A stretch of 64,000 bases of DNA from Octopus sinensis. Taxonomy: Eukaryota. A program made the translations under genes and the position numbers. The notes beneath the pieces were generated by a model. The model saw only the letters and a list, made by a program, of their open reading frames with translations, had not been told where the DNA came from and ran no database searches. Numbering within the stretch: position 1 is the first letter of the stretch; every line of letters begins with the position of its first letter. The stretch is from the NCBI RefSeq assembly GCF_006345805.1, contig NC_043000.1, forward strand, positions 5,518,001-5,582,000, in the 5' to 3' direction. Below, piece by piece: positions 12,499 to 26,252 of this stretch.

Positions 12499-12674
12499 TA
12501 TAGTGAGAAGGAGAGAGAGATTTAGTCATACAAACAGGATGAATAGAATTGAAAACATGGGTATATATATGGGTATATATATTTTAATCGGCAGATGTTA
12601 CACAGTGACTCAAAAGCCGAGTGTTTCGTGTATGGCTCTTATCAAATTTGATAAGTCTCTTCAGTCACCAAGTA

Positions 12675-12907
12675 ACCTCTTATTTCTTTATTGCCCACAA
12701 GGGGCTAAACATAGAGGGGACAAATAAGGACAGACAAAGGGATTAAGTCGATTACATCGACCCTAGGGCGTAACTGGTACTTAATTCATCCACTCCGAAA
12801 AGATGAAAGGCAAAGTCGACCTCGGCGGAATTTGAATTCAGAACGTAACGGCAGACTAAATAACGCTAAGCATTTCGCCCGGCGTGCTAACGTTTCTGCC
12901 AGCTCAC
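12675..12907 (-). mobile_element. tRNA-SINE family 2 (duplicated at about 13965-14197)
   Basis: Family 2 consensus. Confidence 0.88.
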
Positions 12908-12951
12908 CTAGTAACCTCTGCCGATTATATATGTGCATGTATGTCTATATG

Positions 12952-13012
<61 letters not shown>

Positions 13013-14639
13013 TGTGTGTTGGAGTCTCTCTCATACGTGAGCGTTGACGCTGAATTCGACTGGTAAGCAGCTAACCTTGTCTTTGTTGAAATAGTTGTGA
13101 GCTGCTGGAGCTATTTCTCTGACGGGTAATAGGAATTTCCATATCCTCCGAGGAACGAACTGTTGACCCAGACAATTAGAATTAATTTTAATAAAAGCAT
13201 CAATTTTAGAAAAAATAATAAAGTAGTAAAAAATGAAAATTTAGCACTAAAAATTTGCAGTGTTCTAAATAAATGTTAAAATGTAATAGATACGAAAAAC
13301 CTACGTTATCACCAGAACACGAACGCTCGTTGGTGTGTTCTGTTTGTATATGCTCCATCGGCGCGTTGACAGGCAGACAATAGAATGCGATGGCGACATT
13401 CATAATATTTGTTGTCATGATTGTGTGTTTGTTGTGGCGATGATAATTCTCTCTATGAATGCAGACAGATACATAAAAGAACACCGTTTGACGAAGTGAA
13501 AGTGATGGGAATGTAGGAAATAGAGTGAGTGAAAAAGTGCTAGGAAGGGAGGAAATAGTGTGAGTGAGTGAGGAAGACAGATACATTAAAGAATGGGAGT
13601 GGACTTGTCAAAGTGGGTTTTTGGCCCTAGCAACAACACCTTTTAAGATAGGGATTTCTAACGTAGCCCACGGGCATCGTCACCTCATTTTACATGTCCC
13701 TATAAATTTTGGAGTCAATCCGACGGGATGTAGTGGCCTTGAAAGTGATTCAAGCGGTCCAAACGCATTTCAGTTTTATATATAGAGATATAGTGAGAAG
13801 GAGAGAGAGATTTAGTCATACAAACAGGATGAATAGAATTGAAAACATGGGTATATATATGGGTATATATATTTTAATCGGCAGATGTTACACAGTGACT
13901 CAAAAGCCGAGTGTTTCGTGTATGGCTCTTATCAAATTTGATAAGTCTCTTCAGTCACCAAGTAACCTCTTATTTCTTTATTGCCCACAAGGGGCTAAAC
14001 ATAGAGGGGACAAACAAGGACAGACAAAGGGATTAAGTCGATTACATCGACCCTAGGGCGTAACTGGTACTTAATTCATCCACTCCGAAAAGATGAAAGG
14101 CAAAGTCGACCTCGGCGGAATTTGAATTCAGAACGTAACGGCAGACTAAATAACGCTAAGCATTTCGCCCGGCGTGCTAACGTTTCTGCCAGCTCACCTA
14201 GTAACCTCTGCCGATTATATATGTGCGTGTATGTCTATGTGTGTGTGTGGGGGGGTGTCTTTATACCACTACCGGCTTCATAACCGGTGTCGGTTTGTTG
14301 ATGTCCTCGTAACTTAGCGATTCAGCCAAAGAGCGCCACAGAATAAGTATCATACTTAAAGTAAGTACTGGGGTCGATTTTTTCAATTAGCCTTCCAAGG
14401 CTCTGCTCCAGCTTGGCCGTACTCAGATAACTGAGACAAGTAAAAGAATAAAAGAAAAATATATACACGAAGAGCTAATGTATTATAAATTATATTTTGT
14501 GTCGGTGTGAATAATCGCGTGTGTAACATTCTCTAAAAGAATAACCTTCAACATATGGTCAACGGAACCTAAAATCATTAATTCAGCATCGCAATGTAAT
14601 ATATTTAACTGTGAGTAACATATCTTAATATAGGTTACC

Positions 14640-14855
14640 AAAAGAAGGCGATGGCCTGGCAGAATCGTTAGCATGCTGGGTAAAATGCTTAGCCGCATTT
14701 CGTCCTATTTTACGCTCTGAGTTCAAATTCTGCCGTGGTTGGCTTTGCTCTTCATCCTATCGGGGTCGATGATACATGTACCATGGAGTCGGTGTAATCG
14801 ACTTAACCTCTCTTCGAACTTTCTGGCTTTGTGCCAAAATCTGAAAGCAATATAG
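14640..14855 (+). mobile_element. Older tRNA-SINE, family 2 variant
   Basis: AAGGCGATGGCCTGGCAGAATCGTTAGC head and CTTCATCCTATCGGGGTCGAT body. Confidence 0.75.
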
Positions 14856-14909
14856 GTTATCGTATAGATATATCAATCTTGATGTATTACAGTTGTGAAG
14901 TAGATGACA

Positions 14910-14975
<66 letters not shown>

Positions 14976-14984
14976 CATATATAT

Positions 14985-15094
<110 letters not shown>

Positions 15095-15300
15095 TGGATG
15101 CAGCATATATGGACTGTCGATCGATCGTTCACACATCCCTTTATATTTTACTTCTATCAAAGGCTTTATATATCAATTGGATGACCACGCTATAATTCAT
15201 TTTAATCAATTTTTATCGAATTGTCAGCAAATCAAAGCCTTTTGTCCGGTCACTTCTCTTGACATTCACAAAAAGTCTACTAACATAAATAACTTTGCAG

Positions 15301-15441
15301 GGAGGAACGCTTCCATCATCTGAAAGAAATCCTTTCACTGACCCTGTATCAGATTTCACTAGGATTTCAATAAATCTGCTTTCAGTGATCAAATATTGTG
15401 AACTAATCGGATCATTAATTGATGATTTGGCATCATGGAAG
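15301..15441 (+). CDS. Candidate internal coding exon of an unidentified host gene (141 nt, phase 0/0)
   Basis: TACTAAC branch point (15278-15284), TTTGCAG acceptor, AAG|GTGGAT donor; only frame 0 is open (GGTLPSSERNPFTDPVSDFTRISINLLSVIKYCELIGSLIDDLASWK). No homology recognised. Confidence 0.3.
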
Positions 15442-16354
15442 GTGGATAATACTGCAATACCACTAACAAGAATAAAATTCTACGTGTATTTTAACCGTTC
15501 AACGCATTATTTTATTCATTTACTTTTAATAACCTTTTAAATAGAACACTACATAAGTCTTTATGACAGCAATTCATCTCCATCATTAAACAACTTAAAA
15601 AGAAACAGGTTACTATTCTGAAAATCTCCATTTACAAGCATATATTCCACGCCCAGTAATTAGAATCAAATAATGGATTAATAATGATTTCGATGAGGAA
15701 CAAAGCCAAATTTGTAGGACACGAGAGACGGAGAAAGAAAGAACGGCAGAGAGGGAGAGATGAAATGCAATCAATGTAATCGACTATACCACGAGTTATG
15801 CTATCATCAGTTATAATACTGATGTTTGTATTATCGATGTCGAGAGGAAGGAAAGCAAAATCGATCTCAAATGATTTGAACCCAGAACTGTAAAATAACT
15901 CCGCCGCCGTGCAGTCGTGTATGTTAAAACCACTTCCTTGCAACTGCTTCGTGAGAAGAAATAAAAATGGGAGAAGTTTGTTATTCAATCAGCATAAATA
16001 GTGACGAAACTCGAGTGTACTTTATGAAGGTCTTTATTACCTACATTCTGTGAGAGTTCCCCTATACCGCATGCTCTTGATATATAGTAATTACTGATCT
16101 TAAAAGGTTTCGATATATCTCTGCACACATGAGATTAATCATTCTGAGACATGTATGTGTGTGTGTGTGTGTGTGTGCAAAATGTTATACCTAGATCGCT
16201 GTTAACAAACTTACGATCTGTTTCACTCACCTAACCAGGCAAACGTACGTCTGAAGCAAATAACGGAACGTAAAGACTTTATTATAATTCACTGCTATGA
16301 AGTGGAGATGTGTAATTTGGTGTGATGTTATATTTGTTATAATAATAATCATTA

Positions 16355-16950
16355 TCCTTTCTACTATAGGCACACGGCCTGGAATTTGTGGGGAGAGGGA
16401 TAGTCGATTACACCGACTCCAGTACTTCACTGGTACTCAATTTATTGACCCCGAGGAGATGAAAGGCAAAGTCGACCTCAGCGGAATTTGAACTCAGAAC
16501 ATAGCGGCAGACGAAATACCTATTTCTTTACTACCCACAAGGGGCTAAATACAGAGAGAACAGGGACAGACAAACGGATTAAGTCGATTATATCGACCCC
16601 AGTGTCGATATATCGACCTCGGCGGAATTTGAACTCAGAACGTAGCGGCACACGAAATACCTATTTCTTTACTACCCACAAGGGGCTAAACACAGAGGGG
16701 ACAAACAAGGACAGACAAAGGGATTAAGTCGATTATATCGACCCCAGTGCGTAACTGGTACTTAATTTATCGACCTCGAAAGGATGAAAGGCAAAGTCGA
16801 CCTAGGCGGAATTTGAACTCAGAACGTAACGGTAGACGAAATACGGCAAAGCATTTCGCCCGGCGTGCTAACGTTTCTGCCAGTTCGCCGCCTTTGACGA
16901 AATACCTATTTCTTTACTACCCACAAGGGGCTAAACACAGAAGGGACATA
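16355..16950 (-). mobile_element. Head-to-tail multimer of tRNA-SINE family 2
   Basis: Three GAAATAGGTATTTCGT junctions (about 16510, 16652, 16897) link full and headless units. Confidence 0.85.
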
Positions 16951-17000
16951 TACAAATACGCATGCGTACACACACATACACGCACACACACACACATACC

Positions 17001-17233
17001 CAAGTGAGGAAATAAATGCGAAACAAGGTTGAAAAATAGTACTCAAATACCGAAAGTAGAGTAATATGCTTTGATTAAAGCTGTAAAAATCTTTACAAAT
17101 TGTTATTCAGAGTTTCCCGTTCCCGCTCGTCGGACTGTTGTGATGGATACTTACTTCAACTGTCCGACGAACGGGAGCGCGAAACTTTGAGTGGCAGTTT
17201 GTGAAGACTTTTGCAGCTTTAATAAAAGTATAT
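17001..17233. mobile_element. Inverted pair of hammerhead-bearing termini, family C (Penelope-like)
   Basis: 72-bp arms 17064-17135 and 17162-17233, 59/72 identical; each arm holds a degenerate hammerhead; the right arm ends in AATAAA. Confidence 0.65.
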
Positions 17234-18226
17234 ATATCAAATGAGAGAAAAGAACGTGAGCTTGAAGTTGGAATTCTTTTATTTCATTTGTTACATATGT
17301 TTGAGCAATCGGTAACACACAACTTCTAAGCGTTTGGGTTGATTATGCATGCTGCGCTTATGATGTGCATCTAAAGATTGTATTTAGGGTGTAATATCAT
17401 GTATTGCCGACTACTGAAACATATGTAACATGTGTTCATGCCCATTTTCTTTCCTCTCATACATACATGTGTGTGTGTGTGCATAAGATACATACATATA
17501 CAGATATATTGATAGAAATATGGATAGACAGATATATGTGTGTGCGTGTGTGTGTGTGTGTGCGTGTGTGTGTGCGTGTAGTAATAATTTTATATTCCGG
17601 TAGACACCTTCCAATATGCTGTTTAAAGCCCGTCCACAGTGTACCGGGGTCGATTCGTTCGACTAAAATTTTTCGGTGCGGTACACCAGCATGGCCACAA
17701 TCCAATAACTGAGATAAAGTAAAAGATAAGAGTTAAATTAAGAGCAAGTCGTAAACTTCAATTCGACAAAAATTAATCTCTGCAAATACAAGCCTAGTGG
17801 CATATAAATGATATAGATCGGATCTGGTTAAACTTTACTTTCAAAACAAAGATTATCTATTTCTCTTCACAAAGAAGATAGCAATATATTTCTATTTATA
17901 GTCTTTACAAATTCCAACTAAAATGGCCTCTCAAATTTGCATAACAATGTAGGCCCTGACACCGTGGATTTATTAATTGATTGTTAGTGTGCTGCATGGC
18001 GTTTTATTTAAAAGAATTTGACCAAGTTTGAGTGAATCATATACTTTAGACAAATAAATATATTTTGATCTATGAGTTAAGCGCCCTTTCTTTTGTTTTT
18101 TAGTTTCACTTTCTAACAGCAAATGAAAGAGTACGAAAGTACGAAAGTACTGAAAACGTAGCAGAGATTATTTATTTGCTTTGGAGCTGCTATAGAGTGA
18201 ATCATCCACTTCATATATAAATATAC

Positions 18227-18227
<1 letters not shown>

Positions 18228-18257
<30 letters not shown>

Positions 18258-18566
18258 TGTATGTATGCATGTATGTATGTATGTATGTATGTATGTATGT
18301 ATGTACGTATGTATGTATGTATGTATGTATGTATGTATGCATGTATGTATGTATGTATGTGTGTGTATGTATGTATGTATGTATGTATGTATGTGTGTAT
18401 GTATGTATTATGAATGTGTGTATGTATGTATGTATGTATGTATGTATGTATGTATGTATGCATGTATGTATGTATGTATGTATGTGTGTATGTATGTATT
18501 ATGTATGTATGTATGTATGTATGTATGTATGTATTATGTATGTATGTATGTATGTATGTATGTATG

Positions 18567-18598
<32 letters not shown>

Positions 18599-18878
18599 TT
18601 TGTGCGTAAGTGTGCTTTTGCGTACGGCGGTTGTATGTATGTTCAGTGTTAAATACACAAACACACCTCTATGCATTCCAAACTCGATCTGAATTAAACT
18701 CTCGTGATTCATATCTGTGCCACTTGTAAATATTTTCACAAGCTCTGTCCATATGCGTAAGTGGTGTATGCGTGCCTGAATGAGTATACAGGCGTATGTA
18801 TGTATGTATGCATGTATGTATGTATGCATGTATGTATGTATGTATGTATGTATGTATGTATGTATGTATGTATGTATG
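18228..18878. repeat. (TATG)n tetranucleotide arrays
   Basis: Arrays at 18228-18600 and 18796-18878; they explain the 256-aa HTYI ORF. Confidence 0.95.
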
Positions 18879-20099
18879 CACATATATATATATATATATA
18901 TGTATGTATAAGACAGGTATTATTATATATATAATATATAGCTGTCTTATAGGTGTGCTCGAGTTTGCATATGTGTGTATATATATATATAGATATAATA
19001 TTTATATATCATACATATGTTTACCATACACACGCACAAACACACACACATATAATTTACATGTGCCCTAGAAGCACGTGTCTGTAGCAAAAGCCGAAAA
19101 GTTTTGGTGACAAATAAGTCGGAGAAACGAAAGACCAGAAATATTTGCCGTAAAAACAAGAAAGAAAAAAAAACATGAAATAAAAGAACAAAAACAATAT
19201 GTTCAGGTAATGATGCTGTGAACCACATACCATAGACACTAGTAGCGTCGCCATCTAGAAGTAAGGTATAATGTGGTATGGAAATCTGCCAGCGAGGTAG
19301 CCATCTAAAGGAAGTGGTAATAGGTATATATAGAGATAGGTTTTCAGAATATAAATATAAATAATAGCCGAAGAATGACGGGGAGATCTGAAAGATGTGG
19401 GTGTCTGTTAGAAAATAAAGGTAAAAAAAAATAATAATATAAAAAAACAAGTCGAAAAGTAGTATTTGTGGGAGTGATGCGTATGAATGGGATAAGAAAC
19501 AAGCGTTTGGCATTAAAGAGGCGTGGATATACAGGTATATGTATGTATACATATATGCATACATGCATACATAGATATGTGTTTGTGTCTATGCACACAT
19601 ACTCTTATACATATATGTACTCATAGTTACATAAGCATACACGTCACACACTTTTGGATGTACAAACGGAAGAGTACATGTAGAATCTGTTTGTTCGTTT
19701 GAAGTTAATGTTTCATTTCCCGTCAGCACTCCGAAGTTCTGACTTTTTTTGACATACATGCATACATACAGCGTTGAGCCGAAAGTTCTACAAACATTTT
19801 GGTAATTTATTTGTGTTATTCGTCAAGTTACAACAAAAACAGCCTCGCATTCAAGGTAGAGGTCATCGTTGAAGAAGGTGAGATGTTCATGAGGAATGTT
19901 TGAAGGATCTTGAGAATAGGAAGTTTGTTAGCGGTCCCCAGCCGCAAGTATATCCCTGTTGGGAGAACGTCTTGTTTGCCGTAGATTTTCCACAGACGCA
20001 GGGACAGGACGGGTTGAAGCTGCCGGTTGCCGGATCAGACGCTTCTGTTCACCAAAGCCCGTTAGCCGGGTGCGACCCTGATACCGCTGGGTGTCAGAA

Positions 20100-20475
20100 C
20101 AATCCGCCTTAGGTGGCTCTACCAGAAACCGAAGTCTCCGACGGCATAGCTCTGACACTCCCGTTTCACCCCCTTACCACGATGAGGAGGCAGGAGAATT
20201 CATCTACGAAGCAATTGCCCCAGCTTCCCTTCAGGGTTGGTGAAAGCGATGTGGTGGACAACGAAAAACCTGGCTGATGACAGTCAAGGCTGATCTGGGA
20301 CCCAATCTACGCCCCCATGTCTACGGCGTTCGCTGCTGGAATAGGGAGTGGTTGGAGATCGCGCGGTCGTTGGCCTCAAATCGCCAGGCCTGGTAGGCGT
20401 TTGTAAGAGATGCAGCATTGGGGATGAATTAATCCAGCTCAATCCACCCCGGTTGAATGCTGCTCAAGTCAAGTA
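20100..20475 (+). mobile_element. RTE-clade (SR2-like) LINE 3' fragment
   Basis: Remnant peptides RLRWL and KTWLMTVKADLG...WLEIARSLASNRQAW; typical CCCCGGTTGAATGC..CTCAAGTCAAGTA end. Confidence 0.65.
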
Positions 20476-20660
20476 GAGGCCATCGTGTTGCATAGTCTGA
20501 AGCCAACTTTCTTCTAGTTCTTTGGTTTCCACTGATACCAGTTCATGTCCTTCGAGAAAAAGAATTTCTTCACTGAAGCTTCCATATTCTCATGGCTAAT
20601 GAAGTATCATGAGCGTAGGAAGTGAGCCATGGATTGGAACAAGTAATAATCCGAGGGAGA
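20472..20660 (-). pseudogene. Mariner transposase C-terminal fragment, inverted
   Basis: Reverse translation PSDYYLFQSMAHFLRS*YFISHENMEASVKKFFFSKDMNWYQ. Confidence 0.75.
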
Positions 20661-20670
20661 TATTTTTTTG

Positions 20671-21062
20671 CAGCCCTAATGTGTATAAGCAGTGGTTAAG
20701 TAAGGTCAAGCTTCTGGAAGCTGTCGCCAAACACGGACATTTCGATCCCAAGGTGATGCTCTGCATCTGATGGAATTATGAGGGGATAATCCACTACGGG
20801 TTTGTTCCAGACGGTCGAACTATCGATGCCAACTTGTACTCCGACCAGCTGGAGCAAATATATGCCTTTATGCAGCGGTAAAAATACTCGATATTGATTA
20901 AAAGAAGGTGAGCTCTTCTGCAACAAGCAACGCAAGAGCTCATATCGCCTCAACGACCCGAAATAAATTCCAGAAACTTGTTGTGATCGAACTGATACCA
21001 CACTCCGCATATAGTCTACACCTAGCTCCCTCGAATTGATACTTGTCCCTATCCATGACACG
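20671..21062 (+). pseudogene. Mariner transposase catalytic-domain remnant
   Basis: QWL...KVMLCI*WNYEGIIHYGFVPDGRTIDANLYSDQLEQ...PHSAYSLHLAPS (decayed YSPDLAPSD motif). Confidence 0.8.
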
Positions 21063-21084
21063 CTTATATACATATATATATATA

Positions 21085-21464
21085 TATCTTTTTATGTCAT
21101 CCAAGGAATTGAAATTTTTACCATTAAGACTATTCTGCAGAGACCTGAATAAGTGGAAATCCGAAGGAGCAATATCTGGTTAATGTGGAGTGTGGGGTAA
21201 CATATCCCAGCCGAGCTGCAGAAATTTTTGTCTGCTTCCCGAAGCATCAAGTGCCGACAATGAACTTTCTTATCTTCCATTTTAAAGGGTTACAGAATTA
21301 ACACAGGTTATAGGAACATAAATCTTCTTCCACGAAAAGATAGCTTAAACTGTGTTCTAAATGGAGGTGTAGTCAACTCCTATTTTATGAATTCAACCAT
21401 GTTCTAAAATAAGTCGAAAGGTGAGCTACTATAAATCGACACGAACTTTCCTGACAACTCAATA
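21085..21464 (-). mobile_element. Internally deleted mariner (MITE-like), truncated
   Basis: TIR TATTGAGTTGTCAGGAAAGTTCGTGTCGATTT; same MEDKKVH.. deletion junction as 43095-43659. Confidence 0.85.
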
Positions 21465-22106
21465 TATATAATGTGTGTGTGTGTAACAATTACATAATAA
21501 TCACAAAATTATTACATTCACATTCTATTCGTTAATTACACCTTCTATTAGGAAATTGGTCACTGACCTGCAGCCTGGTCACTGACTCTTTCATTGTAAT
21601 TCTCTAACAATGACAGCAGAGCAAATTGCACATTATAAAAATGCACACGCTTGTACTTATATTTTCACCTACTTAAATATATACATTCTATTTTCCATAC
21701 AACTTTATTTCGACATATATTTTTCTGTCCTTCACTTCGTTTATATTTTGTCATTCATAGTCATTATTTCAAGCCATGTAAAGAAATAATTTACCCCTAA
21801 CAATATTTATAATCAACATGGCTATGCCACCGCACAACATCTTAATACAAAAGGCAATATTTGAGACCTGTATTATGGTGTAGGTGTTTTAGATGCTGGT
21901 TAAGTTTGTCGCCTGATGCTTTCATGACATAATCGACGCAACATATGGCGTCATATCTGAAGTCACATTGTAATTAATAGTAAGTGACTATATCAGTTTA
22001 TTTGCATTCACTTTGCTACGTGTATTGATTACGATAACCTGGTTCGTATAAACCGATATGTGCGTTGTATGTATGTATTGGCTGAATATAGTCTAAAATG
22101 GTCAAC

Positions 22107-22629
<523 letters not shown>

Positions 22630-24650
22630 CAGAACCAAGAAGTGTCAGAGATTGTCTCACTGAAAAGGTATAAATGCTACAAAACTTTAAAAGTCTAATA
22701 AATAACTCCACTCTAAAAACTGACCCTTTACAAATTGCCCTCACATGGATAAAAACCTTCCTACAAACTATCAACTACAAACCAGCTTTCTGAGAAGAAA
22801 CACTTTCTTTTATATTCCGTTTTCTCTTTCTTTCCTTCTTTTATTTATTTTTCTTTTTTCACCTTCCTTGTTTCTTTCTTTTTTTTTTGTTTCCCTATTT
22901 TTTTATCCTTTAACCATCTGCCTATTATTTTCCCCCTTTAGACACCCTTCTATTATATTTTCATGTTTTGCTTCGAATTTCCATTTCTCTTCTTTCATTT
23001 TCTTTCTCCCTTTGTGTTTCTTCAACCTCTTTCGTATCTTTTTATCAACTCCACTACATTCTGTTAGCTATTATGTTTATGGCCTTAAAGTGGAATGACT
23101 TCGATAAAACACCGTTACAGACTTTACACAGACTATGAACCATAAGTTCAAGTGCACAGACTGATTTTCCACAGTCATATTGTTACTGCTGTTCGGTTTA
23201 CAAGATCTATTTTCCATTCTTCATTGTTACGGAGTTACAGCCTATAGACTATAAGTTTCTTCGCTATATTTAAACCAGTTCCTATTTTTGGGTCAGACCG
23301 TCTCATCGCATATCAGATTTCATTGTGTGTTCATTTTTAATATTTGATTTGCTTTTCAAGCAGGTCTGCGAATGTCCTTGAGTAGGTTTTCCTTACATGA
23401 TACCAGTGGTAACATCAATAAGAATAAATGTATTATATACGATATAAAGTGCATATAACAGTTTCTATCCTTTTACATTAACAGTTCTTCAAAAGGAGAC
23501 CGTTCCGAGTTAAAATACTACAGTATTTGAGTTGATAACCAAATCGTTCGAAGCCAATCAAAGTGTCACTAATTTTGATTCTGTTTGATTTTCGTTACAA
23601 CGGAACTCTCTATGACTTATAGATATGTTCTTAAAAATTCTATTTTTTACACACATGCATACATACCTACATACATGCATACATACATAAAAAAACATGC
23701 AAACATATATGCATACGTACGTACACTGGATACAACTCAACCAACAAGAACTCACTACTTGAACAAAACTTGACTCAAACAGGATTCAAATAATCCTATC
23801 AGGTGGTGCTATTAAGTTAGACCAATCATTGGTTGAAACATATCTAAGTTTATCATACGTAAATTTCATTCACTGTTTTACTATATCAATAACGGTGGAT
23901 TTTATTAGCATGCGCTTGCCAGTGGACACTTACTACTGACTAAGTGCAAAGAAGCAGAAATGCATGTTTAGCAATACCACCACCGCTTCTCGACGATTAT
24001 CTTTTGTTGCTGATACACTTCTGTCTTTTTTTAACATTGTGTGTAAATAAGAAATACGATCTTAAGATGAATACCGCAGCTCATTAGATTTTCAATGACG
24101 TACCTGCTTTCAGTATGATACATAGGTTGCTCTGTGTGTGAGTGTGTGTGTATGTGCGTGTGTGTGTACACGCGCGTTCCCCTCCCCCATATCGCTTGAC
24201 AAGAGGTATTGTTCTGTTTACTTCCCTGTGAGCTAGCGGTTGGCCAAAAGTAGCCGATAGATTAAGCACCAAATGAATAAAGAATAAGTACTGGAAGTGG
24301 GGATGTGGTTCGTTCGATTTAACCCTTGATTTGAAGCCAGTGTCGCAGCTTAGCTTCAGTTCATTGGCTGAAGTCACAACAAAATAAAACAACAAAAGAA
24401 TCAAAGAACTAAATCATTTTAATATGACAAGCTTGACTTTCAAATCTCTAAAATTTCAACAAACTCCATGATTATCAAGATAACGTTTGTTTTATTGCGT
24501 TGAGCAATAAAGTTCAGTTAAGACTCGGCCATAGAATTCTACAAGTATTTCTATGGCTATGCACACTAACAGCTATATAATTTTGAAACCCACGTCACCA
24601 TGGCTTTATACATGTTTACTTATTTACTTTAGTCCTCATTCTCCTTAAAT

Positions 24651-25137
24651 AGGTGCAGGTGTGGTTGCATGGTAAGAAGCTTGCTTCCCAATCACATGGT
24701 TCCTGGTTCAGTCCCACAACATGGCACCGTATGCAATTTGTTTTTCCCTTAACCTCGAACCGACCAAAGCCTTGTGAATGAAAACAGAAAGAAGACCGTC
24801 AATTATATGTGTGTGTGTGTGTGTGTGTGACCGTGTGTGTGATTATGAGAGAGATGGAAGATACGAAAATGTTTATTAATCACTACAACTATATGTATGT
24901 ATATAACTGTGTGTATGTCTATGTGTCTGTTTGTCTCTCAAACACACACACACAAATTACCGCTGGACAACCGGTGTTGGTGTGTTTACACGGTGGTTCG
25001 GCAAAAGATTCCAATAGAGTAAGTATTAGGCTTAAAAAAGCTAATCCTGAGGTCGATTTGTCGATTGAAACCCTTCAAGGCGGTGCTCTAGCACTGACCG
25101 CAGTCAAATGACTGAAACAAGTATAAAAGATTAAAAA
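24651..25137 (+). mobile_element. tRNA-SINE family 1
   Basis: Head GGTGCAGGTGTGGTTGCATGGTAAG; tail CAGTCAAATGACTGAAACAAG. Confidence 0.85.
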
Positions 25138-25172
25138 ATGAATAGATTGTGGTTATTATTATTATTATTATG

Positions 25173-25220
<48 letters not shown>

Positions 25221-25223
<3 letters not shown>

Positions 25224-25802
25224 AAGTTTTATTTTTATAACGTGCTTTCACTTTACTACGCTAGAGAGCAGCACCGCCTTGAATGGTTTCAATCAACAGA
25301 TCGATCTCAGGACTAGCTTTTTTAAAGCCTAGTACTTACTCTATTGTGCCTTGGGTATGTCCTGTGGTTTGCTGTGATGCTCTGATGGTTACTGTATTGA
25401 AAATATTTTGCGTAGGGTGTGTGCAGTGCCCAGTAGTGCAACTTTCTGTATGTTGTATATAGTTGTAAGTCCTGGTGTTTTTGTTATGTATTTGTCTGAA
25501 TATTTTTTATCATACCTAATACGCCCACTATGAAAGGAATTGTTTCTGTTTTTAGATTCCACATTCGAGTTACCTCTATTTCCAGGTCTTCGTATTTTGA
25601 AAGTTTCTCCATTTCTTTTAGAGAAACGTTGTCATCTGCTGGTATTGATACATCAATTAGAAAGCATTTTTTTTTCTACATGATCTCTGACAACTATATG
25701 TGGCCTATTGCCGTTAATTTTTCTATCTGTGTGGCTTTTCTTGCCATCGTTTTATCGAGGTCCGTAGCTGATCTAGTTTTAGTTTGGATTTCATTTGTTT
25801 TA

Positions 25803-25803
<1 letters not shown>
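25221..25803 (-). mobile_element. R4/Dong-like RLE non-LTR element, 3' fragment, internally deleted
   Basis: Reverse complement matches 60490-60936 (RLE C-terminus and 3' UTR ending in (AAT)n); internal deletion joins WQEKP to HTDR. Confidence 0.85.
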
Positions 25804-25881
<78 letters not shown>

Positions 25882-25900
25882 ATTATTATTATTATTATTC

Positions 25901-26252
<352 letters not shown>

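Larger units (their letters stand above)
11731..14239. repeat. Tandem duplication, about 1290-bp period, near-identical units
   Basis: 11731-12949 versus 13022-14239; ORF calls repeat at +1290; I see only about 3-4 differences; boundaries lie in (GT)n tracts. Confidence 0.95.

Noticed and set aside
15285-15455. Minus-strand frame LITESRFIEILVKSDTGSVKGF resembling a CUB C-terminus
   Set aside because: SD-GF spacing is short, the following aromatic residue is absent, and it conflicts with the stronger plus-strand splice signals.
16355-16950. Regularly spaced repeats superficially like a CRISPR array
   Set aside because: Units are SINE sequence with no unique spacers; eukaryotic context and no cas genes.
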